NCBI GenBank assembly: GCA_007376445.1
Contig: VMGF01000002.1
Location: forward strand, 13,673 to 77,672
Length of the DNA: 64,000 nucleotides
Reading direction: 5' to 3'
Source of the DNA: Parcubacteria group bacterium Gr01-1014_3
Lineage (GTDB): Bacteria > Patescibacteriota > Minisyncoccia > UBA6257 > WO2-44-18
In this document: positions 46,262-56,404 of the stretch, in pieces
How the letters are laid out: every line of letters starts with the position of its first letter
Numbering within the stretch: position 1 is the first letter of the stretch
The notes under the pieces: generated by a model
Told to the model about the DNA's origin: nothing
The model's input: only the letters and a program-made list of their open reading frames with translations
The model's database searches: none
Position numbers and translations under genes: made by a program

Positions 46262-46930
46262 ATGGCTCTAAAGGGCGATGAAGTCGCGTATCTGATAGCT
46301 GATTTGAGAAAACAAAGAGAAGAGCTGGCGCTACAAGATTTTCACTATAAGATTGGCTGGAATGAAGCTGATCTTTATGATCTCTTCAAGCAGTTCGAGG
46401 ATACAATTATGCAAGTGGCTTACAGCGAATTATTTACGCTGACACCGGGCCGGTTGCCATTTTTGGTGGTCTTTCCGCCATCTAGCGCGGCAAACGAAGA
46501 CAAGCTCAAGGAGCGTCTGGCTATGCTTGGTTTTTCGGCAACAATGAATCAGATTCAGGTTAAGTTGTCTCAGATTGAAGACATAGAAAAAGAGGGGAGT
46601 TATCCTTATATAATTTTTGATGTTGACCCGGGATATCTCATGAAAGACACGCGCTATTCCGCGGTTGTTCTTCAACAAATGAAACCGGTTCGTAGGCGGC
46701 TAACATTCTTTGAAGCAGTTTCGATGGCGCCTAAAATCAAGGTGAACTTTCAAATCGTGATAACTGGAGCTCGTTACATAGACGAAGACACCTCTCCGGC
46801 AATTGATTTTGCCATGTCAAAAGCGGCGCCAATCATTAACCACTTCGATCTGAACAATACTAGCGCCCGCATCGGAATACCTTCTTGCGTGGAACCAGAG
46901 GTTTATAAATCCAAAACTGCCGTCTATTAA
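46262..46930 (+). CDS. hypothetical protein (possibly DUF5701-like)
   Basis: PYIIFDVDPG, RRLTFFEAV, GAR, C-terminal GIPSC; family assignment from recall only. Confidence 0.6.
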   Translation: MALKGDEVAYLIADLRKQREELALQDFHYKIGWNEADLYDLFKQFEDTIMQVAYSELFTLTPGRLPFLVVFPPSSAANEDKLKERLAMLGFSATMNQIQVKLSQIEDIEKEGSYPYIIFDVDPGYLMKDTRYSAVVLQQMKPVRRRLTFFEAVSMAPKIKVNFQIVITGARYIDEDTSPAIDFAMSKAAPIINHFDLNNTSARIGIPSCVEPEVYKSKTAVY

Positions 46931-46956
46931 CTGCCCCAATGGGCAGTTTTTATTTG

Positions 46957-47027
46957 CTTGCCAGGAAGTGAAAATTCGACTGTTTTGGACTCATTTCCGG
47001 ATGGTCGAATTTCTACTTCCTGGCTTG
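46957..47027. repeat. inverted-arm repeat, copy 2
   Basis: Arms match 994-1069. Confidence 0.85.
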
Positions 47028-47090
47028 AATCCCGATGTAAACCAGAGTAAGATTATCTTTATCCGTTCCTTGAAAATAAAGGAGAAACAT

Positions 47091-48884
47091 ATGAAGGAAG
47101 AGAAAATCATCTCTTTCGGCGAGTATTTGGATCGCGTTAAAAAGGATCCGCAAATCGTTACGACGGCGCATCAGCTAATCTATAACGCCATTATGAAGAA
47201 GGGTGTCGAGAAGGTGTTCGGAGAGCTTTACGGCATAGATTCGGTGATTGAAGAGGTCGTGGACTACTTCGGCAAGGCTAGTTTGGGTGGCGGACGATCG
47301 AAACGATTCTTGTTCTTGCTTGGCCCTCCGAGTTCTGGAAAGAGCACGATCGCGCGAGCGATTGCCTGGGCTATTGATGATGAGCCAATCTATTGCATTG
47401 AAGGCTGTCCAATCCGTGATCAGCCTATTTATCTTTTGAAGCGGCGTGATCGTTTGGCGCTGGCCAAAGAACTTGGCATCTATCTCCCAGAAGGGGATAT
47501 CTGCCCGGTTTGCCGGAAGCGGCTAAAAACCGAGTTCGACTATGATTACACGAAGTTCAAGGTTAAGATCGATAAAATTTCTGTCCGATCGTTCAATGGT
47601 TTTGCCTCGGTAGATCCCACGGATCCGATGTCATTTGATAAAGCGCGGCTGATCGGTTCGGTAACTCTTGGCGAAAAAGAAGGTAATCCGGACAACTTTG
47701 AGTTGGACGGCGCGATTCTTCGCGGTAATCGTGGCGCGCTTGAATTAGTGGAAATCTTAAAGAATCTGACTGAAGCTCTGTACGTTCTTATCGAAGCAAC
47801 CCAGAGTAAGACTATCGAATCTCCCGCGGGCCGCACTGAAAAGATCTATGTCGATCTCGCGATCATCAGCCATTCCAATGAAGCGGAGTGGGTAAAGTTT
47901 TATTCCGATAAAAAGAACGAAGCCCTGCTGGATCGCATGCACGTGATCAATGTGCCGCATAATATCCGGCTCGACGATCAGATTAGAGTTCTGAAGGGTA
48001 TGAGTATCGCGACACCACGCCAGAGCCTTAATTATCATGTTAATCCGCTTAGTCTTAAGTTGGTCGCGGCCTTTACGGTCATGACGCGCTTACAGATTGG
48101 CGGTGAAACTGATGCTGATGAAGCGTTAGCGCGGATGCTGGCCTACAACGGCTTGATTGCCGAAGGGTCGGATGCAACACCCGCGACGCTGATGAAGCAA
48201 TATCCTCGCGATGGCTGGCAAGGCATTTCTAACCGGGATGGCGCGGAAATCTTGGAAATGTCCCTGTCTATGAAACAGTCGGATAAAGAGATGTGCATTG
48301 ATCCGATCTCTGTCCTGGATGCAATTGATAAGTTCATCTCACAAGACACGAATAAGAAATTTTCAGTTAAAGAAAAGGCTAATTGGCCGCCTCTTGCTAC
48401 CATCCTCAAAAAGGACTTTGCGCGGGAAGCCGCCAAGCAATTCTGCACGATCGCTGAAGAATCTACCCAGCTTTGCACCGATACTTTTGAAAAGTATCTG
48501 GAAGCTATCCGTAATTTGCTGAATCGCGTTGAGCTGAATGATCAGCAAAAAGACCTGGTAACTTATGTCGAGAACGGCTGGCGCGATAAAAGTGACGACG
48601 AAAAAAACGATAAACGCTCTGATATCAGTCGCCATATCCACTCATTCACGGAAGCCTCCGAGGATATGAAAACCGGTGTTTATAACTATATCAACAGCAC
48701 CGTCATTATTGATGTCATCAGCCGGCTCCTCTTGAGCGAGCAGGAGCTGACCAGTTTAGATAAACAGAACGACTGGCTCAATCTGGATCAGTTCGTAAAA
48801 GAAAAGTTCGAAAAGCTGAACTATTGTCCGAAGTGCCTGCGCCGAGTAGCGCATTGGCTCAAGGATAATCAGAAGTTTCCTTAA
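47091..48884 (+). CDS. prkA: PrkA/YeaG family AAA+ protein (serine kinase annotation)
   Basis: TAHQLIY, LLGPPSSGKST, GCPI, CPVC, GNRG.LELVE, SHSNEAEW, NEALLDR, YCPKC; start ATG 47091 after AAGGAG. Confidence 0.88.
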   Translation: MKEEKIISFGEYLDRVKKDPQIVTTAHQLIYNAIMKKGVEKVFGELYGIDSVIEEVVDYFGKASLGGGRSKRFLFLLGPPSSGKSTIARAIAWAIDDEPIYCIEGCPIRDQPIYLLKRRDRLALAKELGIYLPEGDICPVCRKRLKTEFDYDYTKFKVKIDKISVRSFNGFASVDPTDPMSFDKARLIGSVTLGEKEGNPDNFELDGAILRGNRGALELVEILKNLTEALYVLIEATQSKTIESPAGRTEKIYVDLAIISHSNEAEWVKFYSDKKNEALLDRMHVINVPHNIRLDDQIRVLKGMSIATPRQSLNYHVNPLSLKLVAAFTVMTRLQIGGETDADEALARMLAYNGLIAEGSDATPATLMKQYPRDGWQGISNRDGAEILEMSLSMKQSDKEMCIDPISVLDAIDKFISQDTNKKFSVKEKANWPPLATILKKDFAREAAKQFCTIAEESTQLCTDTFEKYLEAIRNLLNRVELNDQQKDLVTYVENGWRDKSDDEKNDKRSDISRHIHSFTEASEDMKTGVYNYINSTVIIDVISRLLLSEQELTSLDKQNDWLNLDQFVKEKFEKLNYCPKCLRRVAHWLKDNQKFP

Positions 48885-48963
48885 TTATATAACCCCGATT
48901 TACATCGGGGTTATTTTTGTTAAGATTATGGCAGTCTTTTCATAACTAAATAAGAGGTGCTAA

Positions 48964-50067
48964 ATGACTCTCAAAGACAGCCGTAACGACAAAGTTACGC
49001 CGCAAACAAGCTGGGATATTCATCGCCATCAGTCCAAATTAAGACGCGCGCTACGTGAACAGATCGAGGAGATCATTCTAAGCCAACCGGTGATAACTGG
49101 TAATCCCGATAAAGTCATTCAGATACCAGTCCGATCGTTACAAGAATTTACTTTTCAATTCAAAGACGGCGGGGGAGCGGGTAAGTTCGTGGAAGGCATT
49201 CCCAAAAAAGCCGGCACTAAGGCTGGTCAGGAAATGATCGAAGCGGACATTCGTCTACAACTCGCGATCGAACTGATGATGGAAGATCTGGAGATCCTCG
49301 ACTTATTCCGCGCTATTGAAGAGGGAGAGCGGGTCCCTAGAAGCCGCACACGGCCATGGGGAAAGAAACATTATGGTAACCGGGCTCGTCTGATGAAGCG
49401 GGAAACCGTAAAAAATAAATTGGCCAGAGTACGAGCGACCAAGTCTCAATCCAAGGCATTCAAAGCGGAAGATAGCCGTTATCGGCACTTCAAAGAAACA
49501 CCAGACGGCGATTACCGCGCGGTGATATTCTATATTATGGATATTTCGGGCTCCATGGATGGCCGAAAACTCTATCTTTGCCGGGCGCTTAATTACTGCA
49601 TTAACCAGTATCTCAGGCAGATATATAGCGAAGTGCAGGCGCGATTTATCGTCCATGAAGCGAAGGCCGAAGAAAAGACTGAGGAAGAATTTTTCCGGAC
49701 AAAATCGAATGGCGGCACGCAACTATCCACCGGGACCGAAGAAGCCCTAAAAATCATCGATCGGGATTATTCTAATGGGGATTGGGACATTTATGCCTGG
49801 CATGCCACGGATGGCGATAATTCTTCGCAAGATAACCCCATGTTCGCGAAAGAACTTGGTAAACTATCAGAAAAAGCCCGCGCTATCATGCTTTGTGAAA
49901 CTGATACATCGATCGGATCGGCTAGTCAGTCGGATGCCCTGAAAGAACTGCGCGAAAAGGTTAACAACTTTTTTGTGTTCTTATTGGACCGGAAAGAAGG
50001 CATCCGCGACACCTTAAAAGGTATGCTGGAAGTCCTTAAAGAAAGGAGCGGGGTCAATGAAAGATAA
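48964..50067 (+). CDS. yeaH: YeaH/YhbH (DUF444) family vWA-like protein
   Basis: DIHRH, IPVRSLQE, AVIFYIMDISGSM, EEEFF...GGT.LS, HATDGDN. Confidence 0.88.
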   Translation: MTLKDSRNDKVTPQTSWDIHRHQSKLRRALREQIEEIILSQPVITGNPDKVIQIPVRSLQEFTFQFKDGGGAGKFVEGIPKKAGTKAGQEMIEADIRLQLAIELMMEDLEILDLFRAIEEGERVPRSRTRPWGKKHYGNRARLMKRETVKNKLARVRATKSQSKAFKAEDSRYRHFKETPDGDYRAVIFYIMDISGSMDGRKLYLCRALNYCINQYLRQIYSEVQARFIVHEAKAEEKTEEEFFRTKSNGGTQLSTGTEEALKIIDRDYSNGDWDIYAWHATDGDNSSQDNPMFAKELGKLSEKARAIMLCETDTSIGSASQSDALKELREKVNNFFVFLLDRKEGIRDTLKGMLEVLKERSGVNER

Positions 50068-51358
50068 TGAATTCAAGAAGCTCGATAAATGGATCATTAA
50101 GATCGAAGATCGGGCCAGGGAATTCGGGCTTAAATTCCGCGCCCAAAACTTCACGGTATGCAGCGCGGAAAAAATGTTGGAGAAAGAAGCCCAGCTCGGC
50201 GGCTACGATCTTTATTCGCATTGGAGCTTTGGTAAACGATTTGCGAAGAGCAAGACGCTTTACACGTATAAGTATCACTTCTTACCATATGAAATGGTCA
50301 TTAATACTGATCCTTGCGATGCCTGCTTGTTAGACAGCAATCCGCTGACATACAACCTGCTGGTTGCCGCGCATGTCTATGGGCACAACGATTTTTTCTG
50401 CAATAATCTGATGTTTAAGGATACGGAGCCAAAATACATTCAGATGTATCTCCGTGAAGGCGGCCGAAGGATCGAGGAATATATCCGGAACCCCAGGATC
50501 GGGCTCGAGAACGTGGAGAGCTTGCTGGACGCGGCTCACGCAGTTTGGATGATTAATGACTCGGCCGGAAGGAGTTTCTTGGACTTCGTGCTTCGTGATT
50601 TTGAGCATCTTAGCGATTATGAACGGGATATTTTAAAAACCGTTGATACCTGGTCCAGGCATGTCCGCGGGAATATGAAAACCAAAGTCATGAACGAAGG
50701 GTGGGCGACTTACTGGCACTGGAAGATCGTCGAAAGCTTTTCCAGCGAGATCAAGAGCGAATTCGGTCCGTCAGCCTATGTTGATGAGATGCTGGAGATG
50801 CATAGAGGGGTCGTCAGGCTTCCCAATAATCTCAAAAGCCTTAATCCATACCGGGTTGGGCTTCTCACTTGGGAAAAGATCTGGAATGATCTTATGTGGA
50901 ATCAAAAATTTTCGCCCGTGGATTTTTTCAACATCCGGGCCGGAAAAACGGATGTTGAGTTCATCTCGGAACATTTCCGCGGTGAACCACTGATCTACGA
51001 GAAATTCTTAAAACCGATCCTCAAGGCTAACGGAGTTAGTCAAAAGATTGATGTTGCCGGCGAAACAGAAAAATACCGTAAAATGATTATTGGATCCTGC
51101 GGAGAAATTCTGATCCCGAGATTCAATTTCTACATTGATAAAACACCTTCCGGAAGATCACTCATGCTGATTCATGTTTTTGATGGCAGAGAGTTGGAAA
51201 GGGGAGTAATACTCCATAATACCGTTAAATTGATCCATCGTATTTGGCCAGGGGAAATTATTCTCAAAACCGTTGGATCCGAAAAAGGCGGTAAAAAGAA
51301 CATCGCGCTGGTCTGGCGCAATGGAGAATTCCAGAAAATTGAAATGCCGGCGAGTTAG
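50057..51358 (+). CDS. spoVR: SpoVR/YcgB family protein
   Basis: YSHWSFGK, YEMVINTDPC, AHVYGHNDFF, TKVMNEGWATYWH, NPYRVG. Confidence 0.92.
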   Translation: MKDNEFKKLDKWIIKIEDRAREFGLKFRAQNFTVCSAEKMLEKEAQLGGYDLYSHWSFGKRFAKSKTLYTYKYHFLPYEMVINTDPCDACLLDSNPLTYNLLVAAHVYGHNDFFCNNLMFKDTEPKYIQMYLREGGRRIEEYIRNPRIGLENVESLLDAAHAVWMINDSAGRSFLDFVLRDFEHLSDYERDILKTVDTWSRHVRGNMKTKVMNEGWATYWHWKIVESFSSEIKSEFGPSAYVDEMLEMHRGVVRLPNNLKSLNPYRVGLLTWEKIWNDLMWNQKFSPVDFFNIRAGKTDVEFISEHFRGEPLIYEKFLKPILKANGVSQKIDVAGETEKYRKMIIGSCGEILIPRFNFYIDKTPSGRSLMLIHVFDGRELERGVILHNTVKLIHRIWPGEIILKTVGSEKGGKKNIALVWRNGEFQKIEMPAS

Positions 51359-51537
51359 ATAACGGCCGCGTAGCCCTAGGGGAGCGCGGCCTTTTAATTT
51401 TCCTACGGAAAATTACCCCGCCATAGGCGGTGGTTTCTCCTTATGTACCTGTCGCACAAGATATATTTTGCGACATATGTCATAGGGATGTTCGGGAGTA
51501 CTAAAAAGACCCCTTCTCAGGGGCCTCTTTAGTTAAC

Positions 51538-51984
51538 TTACGGAGTCTGCTGACCTTCCTTGTATCGCTTGATGGCTTGTACTACCTGGGAGTCGTCTAC
51601 TAGATTCTCCACGAAAATTATGTGATCTTTGTTAATTTTCATTAAGTCATCCGGACGATGTAATTCCACGGTGCCAAGCTTCACCAGGCTCAACTGCTGG
51701 GTCGGCTGAGGGGTCTTTTGGCCCTGAACCGGCTGCAATACCTGATTAACCTGCAGATAGTAGATATCGGTCAATCTTGGGAAATTCGAGTTCAGATCGG
51801 ATAATTTACCGAAATAAACCTGTCCATTAGACAAGAATACCGCCTGGAAACTGGATCCTGAACCGAGTATCGGTAAGGAAAAACCATTCTGCCAGAGATA
51901 ACCGCCTAAGGCGACCAAGAACACTACCGCAAGCAATAAAACGACCCAGAAAACCTTTTTTGAAGACTTTGCTGATGATTCCAT
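51538..51984 (-). CDS. conserved membrane-anchored hypothetical protein
   Basis: TM helix, AVFLSNGQVYFG, LVKLG..ELH.P, ENL..DSQV. Confidence 0.8.
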   Translation of the reverse strand: MESSAKSSKKVFWVVLLLAVVFLVALGGYLWQNGFSLPILGSGSSFQAVFLSNGQVYFGKLSDLNSNFPRLTDIYYLQVNQVLQPVQGQKTPQPTQQLSLVKLGTVELHRPDDLMKINKDHIIFVENLVDDSQVVQAIKRYKEGQQTP

Positions 51985-52165
51985 TGTAAAATATTAATTC
52001 AAAAAGCCGACCTTTTATTAAGTTTGTACCACTTAATTATATTACTCTGGCGCAAGCCGTCAAATCGGCCGTGTGAATAAGTTTATTGTTTTCTCTGAGC
52101 GAAGCTCAGTCAGAAACAATAAACCCCGCCTTTTTGCGCGCAGCGAAAAGGGAGGGGTAAATTCA

Positions 52166-52930
52166 TTATATTAGCGTTAAAATCTCAGCTCCATCATCTG
52201 TTATAACCACCGTATGTTCAAAGTGGGCCGACAAGCTGCCGTCTTCCGTGGAATAACTGTCATCGTCATTCATAACTATCTCGGATGTTCCGGCGCTGAC
52301 CATCGGCTCGATCGCAAGAACCATTCCAGCTTTCAATTCTAATCCCTTGCCTCTTTCTCCTTCATTAAAGACGCTCGGATCTTCGTGAAGTTCACGGCCA
52401 ACGCCATGGCCGGTCAAGCCCTCAACCACCTTAAATCCAGCTTTTTTTACAGTAGAGCTGATAGCCCAACCGATATCGCCAAGGTGATTGCCCGGCTTAA
52501 CCTGTTTAATACCCTCAAAAAGGGCTTTTTCGGTCGTTTTAAGCAGCTTTTGGGCTGTATTAGTAGTTTCACCAATACCTATCGTCCAGGCCGCGTCAGC
52601 GTAAAATCCTTCATAAATCACCCCAAAATCTAGCTTGAGTAAATCCCCGCTTTTTAATTTATAATTTATCGGCACACCATGGACAACGACATCATTTAAA
52701 GATGTACAAATAGTGCATGGATATGGTTTTTCCGCGCCGTATGGTTTGTATCCCAGGAAAGCTGGCCGGCCACCTTCTTTGGTAATCAATTTCTTGGCGA
52801 GAGCATCCAGGGTCTTTAAGCTGACGCCTTCTTTCGCTTCGGCTAACACAACCTTGGCGACTTTCGCCAAAATCTGCCCAGCCGCTCTGATTTTAGCTAT
52901 TTCGTCTTTGGTTTTTATGAGGACAGACAT
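52166..52930 (-). CDS. map: methionine aminopeptidase type I
   Basis: VVHGVP, D.G...D, GHGVG..LHEDP, AIEPM, AHFEHT. Confidence 0.97.
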   Translation of the reverse strand: MSVLIKTKDEIAKIRAAGQILAKVAKVVLAEAKEGVSLKTLDALAKKLITKEGGRPAFLGYKPYGAEKPYPCTICTSLNDVVVHGVPINYKLKSGDLLKLDFGVIYEGFYADAAWTIGIGETTNTAQKLLKTTEKALFEGIKQVKPGNHLGDIGWAISSTVKKAGFKVVEGLTGHGVGRELHEDPSVFNEGERGKGLELKAGMVLAIEPMVSAGTSEIVMNDDDSYSTEDGSLSAHFEHTVVITDDGAEILTLI

Positions 52931-52944
52931 ATAAAGTTATGGGG

Positions 52945-53051
52945 AATTTTAAATTTCCAATTTTAAATTTTAATTGAATGAATAAATTACAAAATTTGAG
53001 ATTTAATCATTGAAAATTAATTTAAAATTTATAATTAAAAATTGAAAATTA
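52945..53051. repeat. AT-rich heptamer repeat between adk and map
   Basis: Same family as 128-236; includes the adk stop codon. Confidence 0.8.
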
Positions 53052-53774
53052 TCTGTTTAGTAGTTTAATTACTTTCTTATGTACTTCGTACGGAGCCGGT
53101 TCGCCGTCGATTTCGTTAACTTTGTATCCCCGCTTTTTTATTTCGGAAATGATCGGCGCCGTGCGCTTTTCGTACTCTATAAGCCGAGCCTTGATAACCT
53201 CCGGATCATCTAATGTCCGCTTCCGTAAATGCCCGCCGCAAACTGGGCAGGTCGTGTGGTGATGAGTTGTGTCATTGTACATTATCACCGTCCCGCATGC
53301 CGAGCAGATCTTTCGGTTGCTATTGCGCTGAATCGAGCTGGCTGACTTAACCTTAAGTAAGATCACGGAAATATTTTTCTTCCCATAAACATTTTCAAGA
53401 AACGCGATCAGGCCACCAGTCGAAGACTTTGGAGAAGTTTTTTCTCCGGAATCCGGGTCATACATGCTCCCGAAAGCCTCATAGAGCGTCCTTGGCGAAC
53501 CGCTATAAACCACGCTAAAACCCGCCTTAGCTATCTCCCCTGTCTTTTCTTTAACGATTTTCAAAACCCAGGTTGGTGAAAGTAATTTACCGGTATCAAA
53601 TAATTTCGCTTCTTTTTTAATTTCCGGATTTTTTTGCTTGTCTTCGTCATGAACTATTAACTCCAGAAATTTCCCGGTATCAAAATGGATCAAGCCTTTG
53701 GCGGCTGATAGCAAATTCGCCTGTGTCCCCTTCCCTGCCCCAGGAGCTCCGTAGATTATGACCGCTTTCTTCAT
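53049..53774 (-). CDS. adk: adenylate kinase (Zn-lid type)
   Basis: GAPGAGKGTQA, G.PRT, CSAC...CPVC lid; position between secY and map. Confidence 0.9.
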   Translation of the reverse strand: MKKAVIIYGAPGAGKGTQANLLSAAKGLIHFDTGKFLELIVHDEDKQKNPEIKKEAKLFDTGKLLSPTWVLKIVKEKTGEIAKAGFSVVYSGSPRTLYEAFGSMYDPDSGEKTSPKSSTGGLIAFLENVYGKKNISVILLKVKSASSIQRNSNRKICSACGTVIMYNDTTHHHTTCPVCGGHLRKRTLDDPEVIKARLIEYEKRTAPIISEIKKRGYKVNEIDGEPAPYEVHKKVIKLLNR

Positions 53775-53836
53775 AAAAAAATTCTAACGTTTTAAAATTA
53801 AAAATACCAGCTATAAGCTGGTATTACGAAATTAGA

Positions 53837-54139
53837 CTAATCGATGGTTCTCACGGTGGCTGACTTGAAAAGCCAACCAGAAAACACATAGATCTTGACG
53901 CGCTTTCCCGCGGGGTTGATAGCATCAGCGGTAAACCGAACGACATCCTCTTTGCTCCCGCCTTTTAAAGGTACAAACCAGACATCTCGATCTAATATCT
54001 TGATATTAGTGAAACCGAAATTATCAAGCGCCTTAACAGCCACGCTCTCATCTACAAAAATTCCGGTCGGGAAAATGAACAGTACGAAGAAAATCAGCGT
54101 GATAAGCAAGTAAAACCACCCGACTCTTTTTTCGGACAT
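53837..54139 (-). CDS. hypothetical membrane-anchored protein inserted between secY and adk
   Basis: TM helix; GGGGGT SD; own TTGACA-N17-TAGTAT promoter and a hairpin at 53804-53826. Confidence 0.75.
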   Translation of the reverse strand: MSEKRVGWFYLLITLIFFVLFIFPTGIFVDESVAVKALDNFGFTNIKILDRDVWFVPLKGGSKEDVVRFTADAINPAGKRVKIYVFSGWLFKSATVRTID

Positions 54140-54206
54140 AACACCCCCCTATCAAGGAACACACTAAATACTAACAAAATATCTTAAGGTTGTCAATAAC
54201 GCTATC

Positions 54207-55475
54207 TTAGACTCCGTCGTATTCGCGGAGAGCTAGCTGGGCGTCAATCTGCTTCATCGTTTCTAAGACTACTGAAACCACGATCAACAAAGCCGTGCCA
54301 CCGATGGCGAGAGTTTGAACACCGGTTAAGTATTGCGTAATCGTCGGCAAGACCGCGATAAGACCCAAGAAAAGCGCGCCGAACAGAGTGATCCTGTGAG
54401 TCAGTTTCGATAAGAAATCCGCCGTCGGCTCACCGGGACGAATACCCGGCACGAACCCACCGCCTTGCTGAAGATTCTTAGAAATTGCTTTTGGATCAAA
54501 GGAGATTGAAGTGTAGAAGTAGGTAAAAACCACAACCAATCCAAAATAAACCAGTCCGTAAACCAGCTGATTACCCAGGAAGTTGGTCACGATGGTTTGC
54601 AAGCGGACGGAAAGATCCACGTTAAAAAGCGCTACGATCTGGCTGGCGAACTGCGGGAATAGTAATAGCGAAATCGCGAAGATGATCGGAATCACACCGG
54701 CCTGATTGATCTTCAACGGAAGATAGCTGGCCACACCACCGAAGACACGATTACCACGAATACGCTTAGCATAAGAAACCGGCACCTTGCGCTCGCCTTC
54801 GTTAATAAAGACTACGCCAGCGATGATCGCTAACGCTAACGCCAAGAAAGCTATGTAAATCGGTATTTGAGACGGGGTGTAGCTCAAAAACAAATTACGA
54901 ACCGCCGATGGAACTCCTTGGACGATGCCCGCGAAAATAATAAGTGAAATACCGCTACCGAGTTTTTGCTCGTTGATCAGCTCACCGATCCAGGTCAGGA
55001 TCATACTGCCAGTCGCGATGATTAAAACATTGTGAAGTAATTCAAAATTACTCAAGGTAGTCACGATCTGCTGGCTCTTCAAAAGATTTAAAAAGGCGTA
55101 AGACTGCAAGGCCGCGAGCGGAACAGTCAGGTAGCGGGAATACCGATTAAACTTTGCCCGGCCGGCCGAGCCTTCTTCTTGGTACATCTGCTTCAAAGAA
55201 GGAAAGATCATCGTCAAAAGCTGCATGATGATCGAAGCCGTGATGTATGGGCCGACACCCAACATCATGATCGAAAGGTTGCTCAAACCGCCGCCGGAGA
55301 ACAAATTAAAAAAACCGAAGATTTGGCTGGAGTTCAAAAAAGCCGCTAAACGGACAGAGTCGATACCCGGGATCGGAATCGCGGCCAGTAAACGAAAAGC
55401 CACTAGACCGAGAGCGATCAGGAGGACCTTATTCCGGATTTCTTTTACTTTAAAAAGCTGTGCGAGCTTATTCAT
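54207..55475 (-). CDS. secY: preprotein translocase subunit SecY
   Basis: LGVGPYITASII.QLL, GISLIIFAGI, AGVIPIIFA, PGIRPG, GGTALLIVV. Confidence 0.98.
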   Translation of the reverse strand: MNKLAQLFKVKEIRNKVLLIALGLVAFRLLAAIPIPGIDSVRLAAFLNSSQIFGFFNLFSGGGLSNLSIMMLGVGPYITASIIMQLLTMIFPSLKQMYQEEGSAGRAKFNRYSRYLTVPLAALQSYAFLNLLKSQQIVTTLSNFELLHNVLIIATGSMILTWIGELINEQKLGSGISLIIFAGIVQGVPSAVRNLFLSYTPSQIPIYIAFLALALAIIAGVVFINEGERKVPVSYAKRIRGNRVFGGVASYLPLKINQAGVIPIIFAISLLLFPQFASQIVALFNVDLSVRLQTIVTNFLGNQLVYGLVYFGLVVVFTYFYTSISFDPKAISKNLQQGGGFVPGIRPGEPTADFLSKLTHRITLFGALFLGLIAVLPTITQYLTGVQTLAIGGTALLIVVSVVLETMKQIDAQLALREYDGV

Positions 55476-55490
55476 GAGTAATGTCTAAGT

Positions 55491-55886
55491 TTACTCTACT
55501 TTACCACCAGCGGCGATAATTTTCTTTTTGGCCGACTCGGAAACCGGCAAACCCTTCACGGTAACGGCTTTTTTGATCTCTCCGCCACCCAATATTTTAA
55601 ACTTCGCGCCCAAAATTTCCTGGCTAATAATGCCGTCCACGGCCCTTTTTTCCAGATCATTCACATTCAAAACATCCAGTTTATCCGACTTCGGTTTATT
55701 TTTGTGACCGCGTAACTTCGGCAAACGCCTAATTAATTCACGTATGGCCGGACGGATCCTGTGACCGGAACGAGAACGCTGACCCTTCTGACCGCGGCCG
55801 GAAGTATGGCCTCGTTTACCGCCGCGGGCTACTCTCGGGGCTGCCTCCTTTAACGGATTATTTCGTTTTAATGTATGAAGCTGCAT
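55491..55886 (-). CDS. rplO: 50S ribosomal protein uL15
   Basis: GRGQKGQRSRSG, RLPKLRG, AAGGKVE. Confidence 0.95.
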   Translation of the reverse strand: MQLHTLKRNNPLKEAAPRVARGGKRGHTSGRGQKGQRSRSGHRIRPAIRELIRRLPKLRGHKNKPKSDKLDVLNVNDLEKRAVDGIISQEILGAKFKILGGGEIKKAVTVKGLPVSESAKKKIIAAGGKVE

Positions 55887-55890
55887 ATAT

Positions 55891-56400
55891 TTATTTGATC
55901 GTGATCTTATTTCTCTTCTCTTTTAATTGTTTCAAGGCTTCCATCGTCGCCATCGCGTTGGTCAGCTTATTCGGCGTACGGCCAAGACACTTCGCCGTCG
56001 CGTCTTTAATACCGGCCAACAACAAGACAGCTCGGACAGCGCCACCAGCCTTCAAACCATGACCGACGATCGCTGGCTTAATGACAACCTCCGCGGCGCT
56101 GAATTTCGCGTATACCTGATGAGGAATAGTGCGTCCTTTCAACTGCAGTGAAATGATGTTTTTCATGGCGTTATTTTTCGCTTTAGCCACGGACATAGCC
56201 ACATCGGCCCCTTTGCCGATACCCACGCCAACCCTCCCCTTCTCGTCACCAAGAATGATTGTTACCCGAAAACGCATACGCTTACCGCCGGCGACAACGC
56301 GAGTAACACGGCGAAGATCCAGTACCTTCTCCTTGAATCCGGTATCCTCTTTTTTAAACCGGCTAAACTTATTAAATTTTCTATCTCTCTGTTGTTCCAT
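55891..56400 (-). CDS. rpsE: 30S ribosomal protein uS5
   Basis: RVTRVVAGGKR, GRVGVGIGK, AGGAVRAVL. Confidence 0.97.
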   Translation of the reverse strand: MEQQRDRKFNKFSRFKKEDTGFKEKVLDLRRVTRVVAGGKRMRFRVTIILGDEKGRVGVGIGKGADVAMSVAKAKNNAMKNIISLQLKGRTIPHQVYAKFSAAEVVIKPAIVGHGLKAGGAVRAVLLLAGIKDATAKCLGRTPNKLTNAMATMEALKQLKEKRNKITIK

Positions 56401-56404
56401 GTTT

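Noticed and set aside
46968-47090. N-terminal extension of PrkA in the ORF track
   Set aside because: Begins inside a repeat element; ATG 47091 has a clear AAGGAG SD.
55886-55891. Absence of rpmD (uL30) between rpsE and rplO
   Set aside because: Known general CPR trait; used as taxonomic evidence, not as a novelty.
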